Shown here: one piece after another, positions 19,695 through 29,456 of the stretch
Position numbering within the stretch: the first letter of the stretch is position 1
Layout of the letters: each line of letters starts with the position of its first letter
Assembly: GCA_947495325.1 (NCBI GenBank)
Contig: CANLYK010000005.1
Coordinates: forward strand, 79,894-143,893
DNA from: an uncultured Allomuricauda sp.
GTDB lineage: Bacteria; Bacteroidota; Bacteroidia; Flavobacteriales; Flavobacteriaceae
Direction of reading: 5' to 3'
DNA length: 64,000 nucleotides
Translations under genes and position numbers: made by a program
The notes under the pieces: generated by a model
What the model saw: only the letters and a program-made list of their open reading frames with translations
Told to the model about the DNA's origin: nothing
Databases searched by the model: none

Positions 19695-20672
19695 CTATTT
19701 TATTGCGATGGGACGACCAGGTGAACCCGTTGCTCCCTTAAATCTAATAGGAGTAAAAATGAATAGGAAATTATAAGTCTTATCCGAAGCTAATTCTTCA
19801 AGATTAAGGTTTTCCAAATTAAACACACCATTTTGGGCAATTAGAAATTGGTGTACGGGCGCTTCCAAATCTGAATTTGAATTGGGTATAACCTCCGTCC
19901 CAAATTGGTCAGATCCTACCATTGTTACATTTTTGTCCACCACCCATCGAGCAACTTCCAATCCTATGCCCGGTGGATTTTTGTTATACGCTTCTGGGGT
20001 ATTCCAAAGTGTTGCCCATCCAAAGCGAAATAAAATAACATCTCCATTTTCAATATCACTTTCTTTTATCCCTTGTTTTTTAAGAGCACCCTTAACGTCT
20101 TCCACAGTTACCTCATAACTATTGGGAAGAACAGTAAGATTTTTATATCCGGCAATATCAATTAGAAAACCCTTGGTAATTATCGGTTTTATATGCTCCA
20201 CCCCAAGTTTTTTAAGTCCTGCGCTATCATATATTTCTTCTCCTGTAAATCCGTTATAATAGACATCTTTGATTGAACCGTCATCAAATTTCATCTGAGC
20301 GCCAACATGTCCTGGGCCATCAAACTGTGTGCCCACTTGACCAATTTCGGTTATCAAAAGTTCTTCATTAAAGATGAGGTTATTTTCACCAACAGGTCCA
20401 CCACTTGGTGCTCCTGGACTTCTCATTTCATAGATTCTTTTGCCAAAAAGGGGCATTCCAGCTTCGTAAATTTGTCCAAGTTCATATACCTTTCCCGTTT
20501 CTACCAACTTGATAGATTGCACTATTTTTTCAGGAGTAATCCAATTCGATGCTCCGGCTTGATCACCTTCTCCCCAGATTGGGTGTGGCCACCAAGGTCC
20601 TTTTTCTTTGCTCTGGCCCTGAAGCGCTATGAATGGAATCAATAACACCGCAATTGATAGTACTTTTTTCAT
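19695..20672 (-). CDS. Secreted cyclase-family protein (PF04199, kynurenine-formamidase-like fold) with a degenerate metal motif
   Basis: 325 aa with a signal peptide. The family signature region reads QVGTQFDGPGH (20307-20339), where I remember the canonical motif as HxGTHxDxPxH. Confidence 0.65.
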   Translation of the reverse strand: MKKVLSIAVLLIPFIALQGQSKEKGPWWPHPIWGEGDQAGASNWITPEKIVQSIKLVETGKVYELGQIYEAGMPLFGKRIYEMRSPGAPSGGPVGENNLIFNEELLITEIGQVGTQFDGPGHVGAQMKFDDGSIKDVYYNGFTGEEIYDSAGLKKLGVEHIKPIITKGFLIDIAGYKNLTVLPNSYEVTVEDVKGALKKQGIKESDIENGDVILFRFGWATLWNTPEAYNKNPPGIGLEVARWVVDKNVTMVGSDQFGTEVIPNSNSDLEAPVHQFLIAQNGVFNLENLNLEELASDKTYNFLFIFTPIRFKGATGSPGRPIAIK

Positions 20673-20870
20673 TAAAAATTGTGTTTTGATGATTTATACC
20701 TCTTTGAGATGTATATGCGATTGATTTTTAAATCTTTCGACTATACTTTACTTCTGTTAATTGAGATTAATGATTTTAAATTTAGCCAATTCTAGCTTGA
20801 CCGTACAAGAAAGTACAAAGTTTGTAACAGATGATTCCCAAACCATTACATTACGGTCTTAAAAGAAGAT

Positions 20871-20890
20871 GGTTTTTTTAGTAAAAAACC
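20871..20890 (-). terminator. Weak intrinsic-terminator-like hairpin after the Na+/solute symporter gene
   Basis: GGTTTTTT-tagt-AAAAAACC, an 8-bp stem with a 4-nt loop. It starts 5 nt past the stop codon on the minus strand and is followed by AUCUUCUUUU. The stem is almost all A-U. Confidence 0.35.
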
Positions 20891-20895
20891 TTGAT

Positions 20896-22467
20896 TTATG
20901 ATAGGAGAATGTAAATTAGAATGGTGAGTGCTACTAAAACTATACCCGAAACATTGACCCATCGCCAGCTTTTATCACTGGTATCTTGTTCAATGGTGTC
21001 TACATAGTCTTTACTCGGATACATTTTGGATACCACTAACATAATAATAAAGTTCAGGACAAACTCTATTCCCCAAAGATGGACAAAATGGATGTTGACT
21101 TCTAAGATAAATGTTGCAAGTATGTAAAATGCAAAACCAAAAAACAATCCGGCCTTGGCTCCTTTTGCATTTACCTGTTTAACAAAGATACCGGCCAGGA
21201 TTACGGAGGAGATTGGAATAAAAAAGATTCCATTCAATTCCTGAAGTAAAAAATAAAGACCATCTGGGGCATAGGCTACTAATGGAGCAACTGCAATAGC
21301 AACAATGGCCAATATTATGGATACCATTTTACCATAATAAACCAGTTTTTCGTCACTAACACTTTTATTGATCAGCTTTTTATAGATGTCATAACAGAAA
21401 ACTGTGGATGCAGAATTTAAAACACTGTTGAAAGTACTAAGAACTGCTCCCAAGATTACTGCAGCGAAAAAACCATATAAATAAGCTGGCAACACCTTTT
21501 TTACCAACATTGGATAAATAAGGTCTGGTGTTTCGTAGTAAGCGTCTTTAAAATAGTAAAAGGCAATCAAACCTGGTAGTACAATTATCAATGGCACCAA
21601 CAGTTTTAAAACACCTGTATAGATTAATCCTTTTTGTGCTTCAACGAGGTTTTTTGCCCCAAAAGCTCTTTGGATAATGGATTGGTTCATTCCCCAGAAA
21701 TAAATTTGGTTGATCATTAGCCCGGTAAACAAAACTGAAAAAGGTAATACCGAATCTGGTGCTCCAATAATGTCAAATTTATCTGGTGCAAAATCATATA
21801 CTGTACTTAAACCATCAAATACATTCCCTTTTCCTATTTGATACAATGCTATGGCCGGAATCAACAACCCACCTAACATAAGACCTATACCATTTAACGT
21901 ATCGGAATAGGCAACTGCTTTTAACCCACCAAAAATTGCATAAAGGGATCCAATCACCCCTATTGCCAAAACGGTATATAAAAGGCCTTCACTTTTGGTA
22001 ATGTTGAACAGTTCAGAAAAATTAAAAACGCTTTCTATGTTTATTGCCCCAGTGTAAAGAACTATTGGAAGTAGGGTAACTACAAAAGAAAGCATCAATA
22101 ATAATGCAACAACGGATCTTGTAACTCCATCAAAACGTTTTTCAAGAAACTCCGGTATGGTGGTTAGACCCATGCGAATAAAACGGGGAAGAAAAAAAAT
22201 GGCAGCTATTACCAGAGCAATTGCTGAAGTAACCTCCCAAGCAATGACTATAATTCCATTTTTATAGGAACTCCCATTCATTCCTATTAAATGTTCCGTT
22301 GAAATATTTGTAAGAATCATGGAACCTGCAATAATAGGCCCCGTAAGACTTTTTCCCGCTAAAAAGTACTCCTTTCCAGTTTTAAAATTATCCTTGCGTA
22401 ATTTATAAACCGTGTAAAAAATCACGAAAAAGGTAAAACCAAAAAAACCGAGGAGTGTCAATAACAT
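20896..22467 (-). CDS. Sodium:solute symporter (SSF/SGLT family). Candidate Na+/myo-inositol transporter by context.
   Basis: 523 aa with about 13-14 TM segments. SSF-like segments are present: YFLAGKSLTGPIIAGSMILTNIS, GGLKAVAYSDTLNG. It lies 15 nt downstream of the MIOX gene. Confidence 0.85.
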   Translation of the reverse strand: MLLTLLGFFGFTFFVIFYTVYKLRKDNFKTGKEYFLAGKSLTGPIIAGSMILTNISTEHLIGMNGSSYKNGIIVIAWEVTSAIALVIAAIFFLPRFIRMGLTTIPEFLEKRFDGVTRSVVALLLMLSFVVTLLPIVLYTGAINIESVFNFSELFNITKSEGLLYTVLAIGVIGSLYAIFGGLKAVAYSDTLNGIGLMLGGLLIPAIALYQIGKGNVFDGLSTVYDFAPDKFDIIGAPDSVLPFSVLFTGLMINQIYFWGMNQSIIQRAFGAKNLVEAQKGLIYTGVLKLLVPLIIVLPGLIAFYYFKDAYYETPDLIYPMLVKKVLPAYLYGFFAAVILGAVLSTFNSVLNSASTVFCYDIYKKLINKSVSDEKLVYYGKMVSIILAIVAIAVAPLVAYAPDGLYFLLQELNGIFFIPISSVILAGIFVKQVNAKGAKAGLFFGFAFYILATFILEVNIHFVHLWGIEFVLNFIIMLVVSKMYPSKDYVDTIEQDTSDKSWRWVNVSGIVLVALTILIYILLS

Positions 22468-22482
22468 TGGAGTTGGATTGTC

Positions 22483-23361
22483 TTAAAACTTCAATGTTTC
22501 TGGTAAATATTTTGATACTAAATCTTGGTAATAGGGTTTTAACGCCTCTGCATCCGGTGGAGTGGGAGCTTTGGAGTATAAATCGTATGGATTGAATTTT
22601 TTGACCCATTCGAACATTTCATGATCTTTTTCATTCATTAGGTGGGCATAAGCTCCTTCTTTGTGCTGGGCATAAAAAGAATGATAACGAATAATATACA
22701 ATGCCGGGTCCGGTAAATGATTTTTCATAATCTGATACAAATATTCATCATGTCCCCAGCTCATTTTCACATTGTCCAAGCCGCAGTTCGGCTCATATAC
22801 ACCATATTTGGATGTAAACCTTTCATCTGTACTATCGGGATTGTCTTTAAAGAATTCTGGATATACAATTTTGTCCGAAAAACTGCATCCAACAGGAAAA
22901 GTGTCTCCAACAACGGCCCATTGCGGTTCCCCGAACAAGCACAGTACTTTTCCAATATCATGTATGAAACCGGTAAGCACAAACCAATCTGGATGGCCAT
23001 CTTGTTTTATGGCTTCTGAAGTTTGTAGCAAATGCTGTAGTTGATCTAAGTCAATATCCGGGTCACTATCGTCAACAAGGGTATTTAGATATTCAACGGC
23101 ACCCCAAAGTGACATCTCCTTTTTATCAAACTTTAAAAACTCTTTCTCCTTTTCGCAAACAAAGTCATATGTCTGGAAGGTGTGGTTTAAACGGTAGAAT
23201 TCTTTTACCCCTTCGACCCTTTCAGAGTCGACATAGTTTCTGAATTCTTCTTTTTCTTTTGCCGTGGCATCAGGATCAGGATATCTTTCCAATAAACTAT
23301 TTTCCCAATCATCAACTTGTTCCATTGGGTTTTTGTCTGTTGCTTTGGAAGAATTCTTCAT
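22483..23361 (-). CDS. myo-Inositol oxygenase (MIOX, HD-domain di-iron enzyme)
   Basis: 292 aa, collinear with remembered mammalian MIOX. There is an identical block GEPQWAVVGDTFPVGC, plus LVDDSDPDIDL, HDIGKVL, MSWGHDEYLYQ, IIRYHSFY, NPYDLYSK and LKPYYQDL. Confidence 0.92.
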   Translation of the reverse strand: MKNSSKATDKNPMEQVDDWENSLLERYPDPDATAKEKEEFRNYVDSERVEGVKEFYRLNHTFQTYDFVCEKEKEFLKFDKKEMSLWGAVEYLNTLVDDSDPDIDLDQLQHLLQTSEAIKQDGHPDWFVLTGFIHDIGKVLCLFGEPQWAVVGDTFPVGCSFSDKIVYPEFFKDNPDSTDERFTSKYGVYEPNCGLDNVKMSWGHDEYLYQIMKNHLPDPALYIIRYHSFYAQHKEGAYAHLMNEKDHEMFEWVKKFNPYDLYSKAPTPPDAEALKPYYQDLVSKYLPETLKF

Positions 23362-23492
23362 AGAATTTTAATTTAATGGTATGTTATTTTAAAACATATA
23401 GCTCAATTACACATGATAAAATTATAATTTCCTGTAAGAGCTTATATGGAGTATTTTGCCAAAAGCATGGATTGATTTTTATATGAAATGGC

Positions 23493-26400
23493 TTATATAA
23501 TATCCACTCTTACTTCATCTTTTATAAGTTTACTTGGTGGATATCCAAATTGTCTTTTAAAACATCTACTAAAATATAAAGGATCATTAAAACCAACAAG
23601 CGTAGTTACTTCTGAAACATTATACTTTTTGGTCTTTAAAAGAATTGCTGATTTCTTCAAACGTACGGTACGAATAAATTCGTTGGGGGCTAAATCCGTC
23701 AGTTCTTTAATTTTCCGATATAATTTAGAGGAACTCATACCTAATTCTGCACATAGGAATGCCGTTGTCAGGTCCGTTTCTTTTAGATTTTTATCGATGA
23801 GCTGGGTAACTTTTTGCATAAATTTCTCATCAATTGGAGAATGGGTAAGAAGACTTATTTCACTTTCGGCTTCCACAGAAAATTTGGATTTTAATCCCAT
23901 TCTGGTAGTAATGATATTTACTATCCTGGTTCTTAATAGTGATGGATCAAATGGTTTGACCAAGTAGCCATCAGCTCCAACATTAAATCCTTTTACCTTA
24001 TCTTCATTTTCAGAAAGTGCCGTCAAAAGGATTACGGGTATATGGCTAATAAATTCATCACTTTTGAGCGCGGCACAAAACTCCAATCCATCCATAACGG
24101 GCATCATTACATCTGCAACACATATTATGGGTTTGATCTGCTTGCAGAGGCGAAGACCTTCTTCTCCATTTTCTGCACTATATACCTTGTAATAATCCGA
24201 TAAGTAGTCTATAAGATAATTTCGAAGCTCGGTATTATCTTCTATCACCACAATTTTTTGCTTTAAATTGACAGAATTAAGTATCTTTTTCTTCGGTTTC
24301 ACCACTTGTACTTCTTTGGTGATTTGATATGGCAATAGCTCATTGATTTCAAAATCCTCATAGAATTTGCGACTAATAGGAACTTTTATGGTGAATATGG
24401 TTCCTTCTCCCGACTTACTTTTAAAAGCTATGCTGCCCTTATGCAACTCAACCAAAGACTTTACCAAGGATAGCCCTATTCCTGAACCAGTCGTACTTTC
24501 TTTACTGTTTCTAGCTTGATAGAATCTGGAAAAAATATTCTTTTGACTGGCTTCGGGAATACCTATTCCATCATCACTTACCTCAATGATCAAATGTTCG
24601 GCCATATCATCACTCAACCCTAAAAACAAATCTACGTTGCCATGATTATTGGAAAACTTTAAGGCATTGGACAACAAATTGTATAGGATTTTGTCCAGCT
24701 TGTCTTTATCAATCCAACCTGAAATAGTTTCGTTTTCACAGTTGAAATTAAAAGAAATATTCTTGTTTTTGGCGAGTTCCTTAAAGGATTCAAAAATACT
24801 TTTTGATTGTTCCAAAATATCAATTTTTGACACCTTCAATTGTAGTTCGCCCGTTTGTGCTTTTCTAAAATCCAGTATTTGAGTAACCAGGTTTAATAGT
24901 CTATTGGCATTATGATGGATCAATTTGGCTCTTGTTTCCTGATACTCGTTCTGAGTTTTACCTGCTTGTTTCAACAGGTCTTTTGCTGGACCTAAAATTA
25001 AGGTCAAAGGTGTTCTTAATTCATGTGAGATGTTGGTGAAAAACCTAAACTTCTCATTGTTCAGTTTTTCATTTCGTTCTTGTTTCAGTTTTTCAAGTAG
25101 CAAAGCTTGCTTTAGCTTCATCCTATTTTTTAATTCTTTTTTACCAAGAAATATGAGAAGGGCTATTATCAATATAAACAGGAAAAATGCTTTGTAAGTA
25201 AACCAAAAAGGTGGCAAAACCCTAATGTTGAAACTTGCTGTCTCACCCCAATACCCATTACTGTTACTGGAGCGGACCTTGAAAGTATAGTTGTCTGGAT
25301 ATAAATTGGTGTATTGTACGGTTCTAGAACTATTATTGGCCGAAATCCAATTTTCATCAAAACCTTCCAGCATATATTCAAATTGGTTCAATCGTTCATT
25401 TGAATAGGAGGGATTTGAGAACTGGATTGAAAAATTACGGTTGTTATATTTGAGTGTGACCTCTCTTTGAAAATTTAAATCTTTGTCCAAAACAGTTTGT
25501 CCATTGATTTCCATTGCTGGGTATACCGTTTTATTTTGGACTTTAAATTCAGAGATAAAAGGTTTTGGAGACCATTGATTTTCTTTTATGGTGTAGGGTG
25601 AAAAATGGATAACACCGTTTTTACCTCCTAGAAATATCTTGGAACCTGCTATGTGATAAAAACCACTTGAGCTGAAAACATCTAACCTATTTCCACTTTT
25701 AACATGATAAACATTAAGGGCCCCGCTGCTAGGCTTTAATCGACCAATACTGTTATTCATGTTCAGCCAAAGGTTTCCATTGGTATCCATTACCATATCG
25801 GTAATCCATTTTCCTATAAGTTCTTTGGGTTCTTTTATGGCGACAAAATTGTTCAATTCTGGTTTGAAGGTGCTTAGGCCCATTCGAGTAGCAGCCCAAA
25901 CTTTATTATCGGTATCTATTAGTACATCACTGACATTGTTGTGTGGCAAAGATTCTTTATCCTCAGTATTGGATTGGTAGATTGTTGTACTCTTGGTAGA
26001 AATATCATACGTGACCACACCATCTTCCGTTGCAAACCATAATTTTTTGTTCTCCTTGTCAAAAGCAATTTTATTAATAGAACTTCCTTCTGCTATTTTG
26101 CTTGTATCGGGAATAGGCCTTAGGCTTTTCTTGTTCAATAGTATAGCTCCCTCTCCAAATGAGCCAATGGCCATTCTATTTTGGTCTATACTTTTAAAGG
26201 TCAAAACAGGCGAAGACTTAAAACCAACATCTACGATATCGGTTTCCTTGGTCACATAATTATATACCAATACCTCACCGTTCCATAGACCGCAATAAAA
26301 GATTCTTCCATCTGTGGAATAGATACTAGCTATATCTGAAGTTTTGTTGTAAAGTGGGGTGATTAAGTCATCATCAAAAAGAAACAAGCCATTATGCCGT

Positions 26401-27572
26401 GTTGCAACGATAAGTTTTTCATCAAAAGTTTTGGAAAACCCTCTAATTCCGGGTGCTTGATTGTCAATATGTTCTGATATACCCTTGTTTAACTTAAATT
26501 GATTTTCATAAGGATCGTATTTATCCAAACCGTCCTCGGTTCCAATCCATAAAACATCTGAAGTATCGAAGTAAAGAGAAGATATCAGGTTGTCCACAAG
26601 TGAGGTATCATCCGAAAGAATCGTATAATGCCATTCAAACTTTCCTTTTGCAATATCTTCCAATTGATCACAGACCAACAACCCCCCTAAAGTCCCCAGC
26701 CAATAACGCCCTTCCGGAGAACGTGCGATTGATACAAAATATGGACCAACTTGATCTCTAGTATAGCTATCATCGATATAGAGGTTTTCAAAAACATCAT
26801 TTTCCTTATCCAATTTGTACAAACCACTTCGGGTGCCTACGAAAATATCTGACTTATGATCTTCGTAGATAAAGTATATATAGGGATTTTTCTCATTGGA
26901 AAAAGGAATAGATAAGGAATACGTTATTGTTTGATCAATTTTCCCATAATTATCAAAGCTGAGTTTCGCAATGGATCTTTTTTCATAGCTACCTATCCAA
27001 ATATTGCCCTTTTTATCTTCAAAAATTTCTTTTATGTACTCAAAACCTTCAAGAGGTATTTTTTTGAATTTTTTAGATTCGGGATAGAACCTAAATAGTC
27101 CTTTGGTTTTTGTACCGACCCAAACGCTTTTCATTCTGTCTACCAGAACCGAACGAATTTCATGGTCCGTGATGCTGTTGGGATTGTTTTTTTCTGGTAA
27201 GAAGGTTTCAAAATTATGGGTCTCGATATCAAGTTTGGTTAATCCATTTCTTGTACCTATCCAAAGATTATTGGAATCACTGTCAAACTCAAGAGCTGTA
27301 ATGTCATCATCGTTTAAGCTATTTTCATTGGAAAAAGAACTCAGGTACGATTTAAATTCATAACCATCAAAGCGATTAAGGCCTGAAAAGGTTCCCAGCC
27401 AAAGAAAACCGTTGTTGTCCTGGACAATATGACGGACCGAGTTGTGGGACAACCCACTATTATCATTATAATGCTCAAACTTTATGTTCTGTGCATATAA
27501 AAAAGTTATGCCACTGATAAACAGTACAAGGCATAGTTGTTTTTTTATTGCAAAACATGATTTGAATAACAT
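23493..27572 (-). CDS. Hybrid two-component system regulator (HTCS): periplasmic beta-propeller/Y_Y_Y sensor, HisKA, HATPase, REC, AraC HTH
   Basis: 1359 aa with repeated WIGT/WLGT propeller motifs, a TM segment FFLFILIIALLIFL, H-box FFTNISHELRTPL and G-box GSGIGLSLV. The REC domain reads VVIEDN...DVMMPVMDG...KPF. The C-terminal HTH reads GFNDPLYFSRCFKRQFGYPPS. Confidence 0.93.
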   Translation of the reverse strand: MLFKSCFAIKKQLCLVLFISGITFLYAQNIKFEHYNDNSGLSHNSVRHIVQDNNGFLWLGTFSGLNRFDGYEFKSYLSSFSNENSLNDDDITALEFDSDSNNLWIGTRNGLTKLDIETHNFETFLPEKNNPNSITDHEIRSVLVDRMKSVWVGTKTKGLFRFYPESKKFKKIPLEGFEYIKEIFEDKKGNIWIGSYEKRSIAKLSFDNYGKIDQTITYSLSIPFSNEKNPYIYFIYEDHKSDIFVGTRSGLYKLDKENDVFENLYIDDSYTRDQVGPYFVSIARSPEGRYWLGTLGGLLVCDQLEDIAKGKFEWHYTILSDDTSLVDNLISSLYFDTSDVLWIGTEDGLDKYDPYENQFKLNKGISEHIDNQAPGIRGFSKTFDEKLIVATRHNGLFLFDDDLITPLYNKTSDIASIYSTDGRIFYCGLWNGEVLVYNYVTKETDIVDVGFKSSPVLTFKSIDQNRMAIGSFGEGAILLNKKSLRPIPDTSKIAEGSSINKIAFDKENKKLWFATEDGVVTYDISTKSTTIYQSNTEDKESLPHNNVSDVLIDTDNKVWAATRMGLSTFKPELNNFVAIKEPKELIGKWITDMVMDTNGNLWLNMNNSIGRLKPSSGALNVYHVKSGNRLDVFSSSGFYHIAGSKIFLGGKNGVIHFSPYTIKENQWSPKPFISEFKVQNKTVYPAMEINGQTVLDKDLNFQREVTLKYNNRNFSIQFSNPSYSNERLNQFEYMLEGFDENWISANNSSRTVQYTNLYPDNYTFKVRSSNSNGYWGETASFNIRVLPPFWFTYKAFFLFILIIALLIFLGKKELKNRMKLKQALLLEKLKQERNEKLNNEKFRFFTNISHELRTPLTLILGPAKDLLKQAGKTQNEYQETRAKLIHHNANRLLNLVTQILDFRKAQTGELQLKVSKIDILEQSKSIFESFKELAKNKNISFNFNCENETISGWIDKDKLDKILYNLLSNALKFSNNHGNVDLFLGLSDDMAEHLIIEVSDDGIGIPEASQKNIFSRFYQARNSKESTTGSGIGLSLVKSLVELHKGSIAFKSKSGEGTIFTIKVPISRKFYEDFEINELLPYQITKEVQVVKPKKKILNSVNLKQKIVVIEDNTELRNYLIDYLSDYYKVYSAENGEEGLRLCKQIKPIICVADVMMPVMDGLEFCAALKSDEFISHIPVILLTALSENEDKVKGFNVGADGYLVKPFDPSLLRTRIVNIITTRMGLKSKFSVEAESEISLLTHSPIDEKFMQKVTQLIDKNLKETDLTTAFLCAELGMSSSKLYRKIKELTDLAPNEFIRTVRLKKSAILLKTKKYNVSEVTTLVGFNDPLYFSRCFKRQFGYPPSKLIKDEVRVDII

Positions 27573-27617
27573 ACTACAATTTACATTTTTAATAATTAAA
27601 GAGCATTCTTTTTAGGA

Positions 27618-29444
27618 TTACAATCGCTCTATTGTATTAGTTTTTAGATTAATCATAAAATTTCCGGATGGATGCCCATGCATCGCCTTATAAAAAATAT
27701 TGCCCCAGAGCGACATTTCCAAATTTTCACAATTCATCAAGTGCTTGCATACCAATTCATATTGTGCCAATCTTTTGCTACCAATCTTTCCTTTTGCCAA
27801 TTCCCCTGCGTTTCTCAATTTGTAGAAATCATATACCATATCTAAACCGGTCCATTTATTTAGAGCCATATATTCAGGTTTATTTTTACTGAGTTTGCCA
27901 ATTGAGGGGATTGACTTGGTGTTCTTTAGTTCCAATTTCAATAGATCATTTCCAGTCGATTTTTCCAATTTTGTGATAAGTTCAGTTGGCCAATCGTTTT
28001 TTAAAAAGCGTAATCGCACAAGTTCTTTTAAATGCTGTTCAGTAAAATCGATATAGGTTTTAGATGCTAATATTTCTTTATCCCAAATCGTATTTGTTGC
28101 CGATTTCTTTAGATGTTGATGTTCTTGCTCATACAACAGGAAAAGGGAACTGAAATTTGAAACGGAATCCACGACAACAGTCTCTATTTCCATTTCTTCT
28201 TTTGAATTGATGGTAAGTATTTTGAAAGCGGGTATATAGCCGGCCAAAGAGGGTGTTTGAATATTGTAGAGTGTTTTTCCGCTTTTAGCTTTGTGGATTC
28301 CAGTATCATTCATGTGCATATGACCTCCAAAATGAAGCTGTATTCCTAAATCTGCAAATAATTCTGCAATGGTATCTTTTGGAACTCTATGCATCTGCAT
28401 CTTGTCCTTTCCAAAAAGTTGCTCCATTTCTTTGGAAGCTCCATCATAAAATTCAACCATTGGGTAATGGCTAAAAGCTATCAAAATCTTTTCCCTCTTT
28501 TCAGCTTCTGAGGAAACTTTTCGTATCCAAGGTAGTAGATGTTTTTTATGGGTCAATATGTTATTATACCCAATACTGGCACTGGAGGTTTCGTTGATTT
28601 TAGAAGAATTGCCACTAATATATATGTTCGCATCTATACCCAATAACCAAATGTCTTTTATAGGTTCCACTAAATAGCTGGCATCTGGTATGGAAATCTG
28701 TTTTTCATTATCCGAGAATTTTCTTTTTTCCACTGCTGAAATTGAAACAGCTTCAGTTAATGTATAATTATCATAATCGTACAATGAAAAGGGTGTTTCC
28801 CAATACAAAAATTCTTTTTTCGGAAAAAACCCAAAGGATGAGAGTTCATTTAAAATCTCTAAATATCCCCATTGTTTAATTTCGGACGAAATTATAGGAT
28901 GCAGTTTATGATTACTGCTTATAAGAGAGCTATCGCTTAAAATGGCTAGCTCATTGCCTTGAGCGCCTAGAAAATTAGTTTTTCCAGCTTCTCTGCTATA
29001 AGGCCTCACAGGATCATGGTTACCAGTGGTCAGAAAAAACTGGATACCATGGTTTACTGTGTAAGCATCAAGTATTTTTTTTAGTGCCTTAATATTTATG
29101 GGTTGCCCGTCATCACTAAAATCACCAGGTAAAACAACAAGAGTTATGTTTCTTGAAACAATTTCATCCAAAGCTGTTTTAAAAGCGAAATAATTCTCGT
29201 TAAATAATCGCGTTGATCGCAGTTGCGACCCCATTGTTCTTATGGTATTGTAACTGCCGGTAGCTGGATTTTTGATTCCCTTATAGTTGGCATCGATAAA
29301 ATTTGCATGAATATCCTGTAGGTGTACATCGGCCAAAAAGGCAATCTTGACAGGTTCTGAAATCGTTTTTTGTTCGCTTTTACATGAGCCAATAACTACA
29401 AAACAGAGAATCTGAATAAAATAAAAGTAAAATCTATTTTTCAT
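27618..29444 (-). CDS. Calcineurin-like metallophosphoesterase lipoprotein with a roughly 200-aa helical C-terminal extension
   Basis: 608 aa with lipobox VIGSC. The ordered metallophosphoesterase motifs are present: LADVHL (DxH), PGDFSDDG (GDxxD), TGNHD (GNHD), FSHYP (H), GGHMHM (GHxH). Confidence 0.85.
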   Translation of the reverse strand: MKNRFYFYFIQILCFVVIGSCKSEQKTISEPVKIAFLADVHLQDIHANFIDANYKGIKNPATGSYNTIRTMGSQLRSTRLFNENYFAFKTALDEIVSRNITLVVLPGDFSDDGQPINIKALKKILDAYTVNHGIQFFLTTGNHDPVRPYSREAGKTNFLGAQGNELAILSDSSLISSNHKLHPIISSEIKQWGYLEILNELSSFGFFPKKEFLYWETPFSLYDYDNYTLTEAVSISAVEKRKFSDNEKQISIPDASYLVEPIKDIWLLGIDANIYISGNSSKINETSSASIGYNNILTHKKHLLPWIRKVSSEAEKREKILIAFSHYPMVEFYDGASKEMEQLFGKDKMQMHRVPKDTIAELFADLGIQLHFGGHMHMNDTGIHKAKSGKTLYNIQTPSLAGYIPAFKILTINSKEEMEIETVVVDSVSNFSSLFLLYEQEHQHLKKSATNTIWDKEILASKTYIDFTEQHLKELVRLRFLKNDWPTELITKLEKSTGNDLLKLELKNTKSIPSIGKLSKNKPEYMALNKWTGLDMVYDFYKLRNAGELAKGKIGSKRLAQYELVCKHLMNCENLEMSLWGNIFYKAMHGHPSGNFMINLKTNTIERL

Positions 29445-29456
29445 TAAGGCTCTCTT

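Noticed and set aside
23488-23967. 159-aa plus-strand ORF overlapping the 3' end of the first HTCS gene
   Set aside because: It lies entirely antisense to a 1359-aa gene with clear domain motifs. The product is low-complexity and Ser/Leu-rich with no recognisable motif, so it is a typical shadow ORF.
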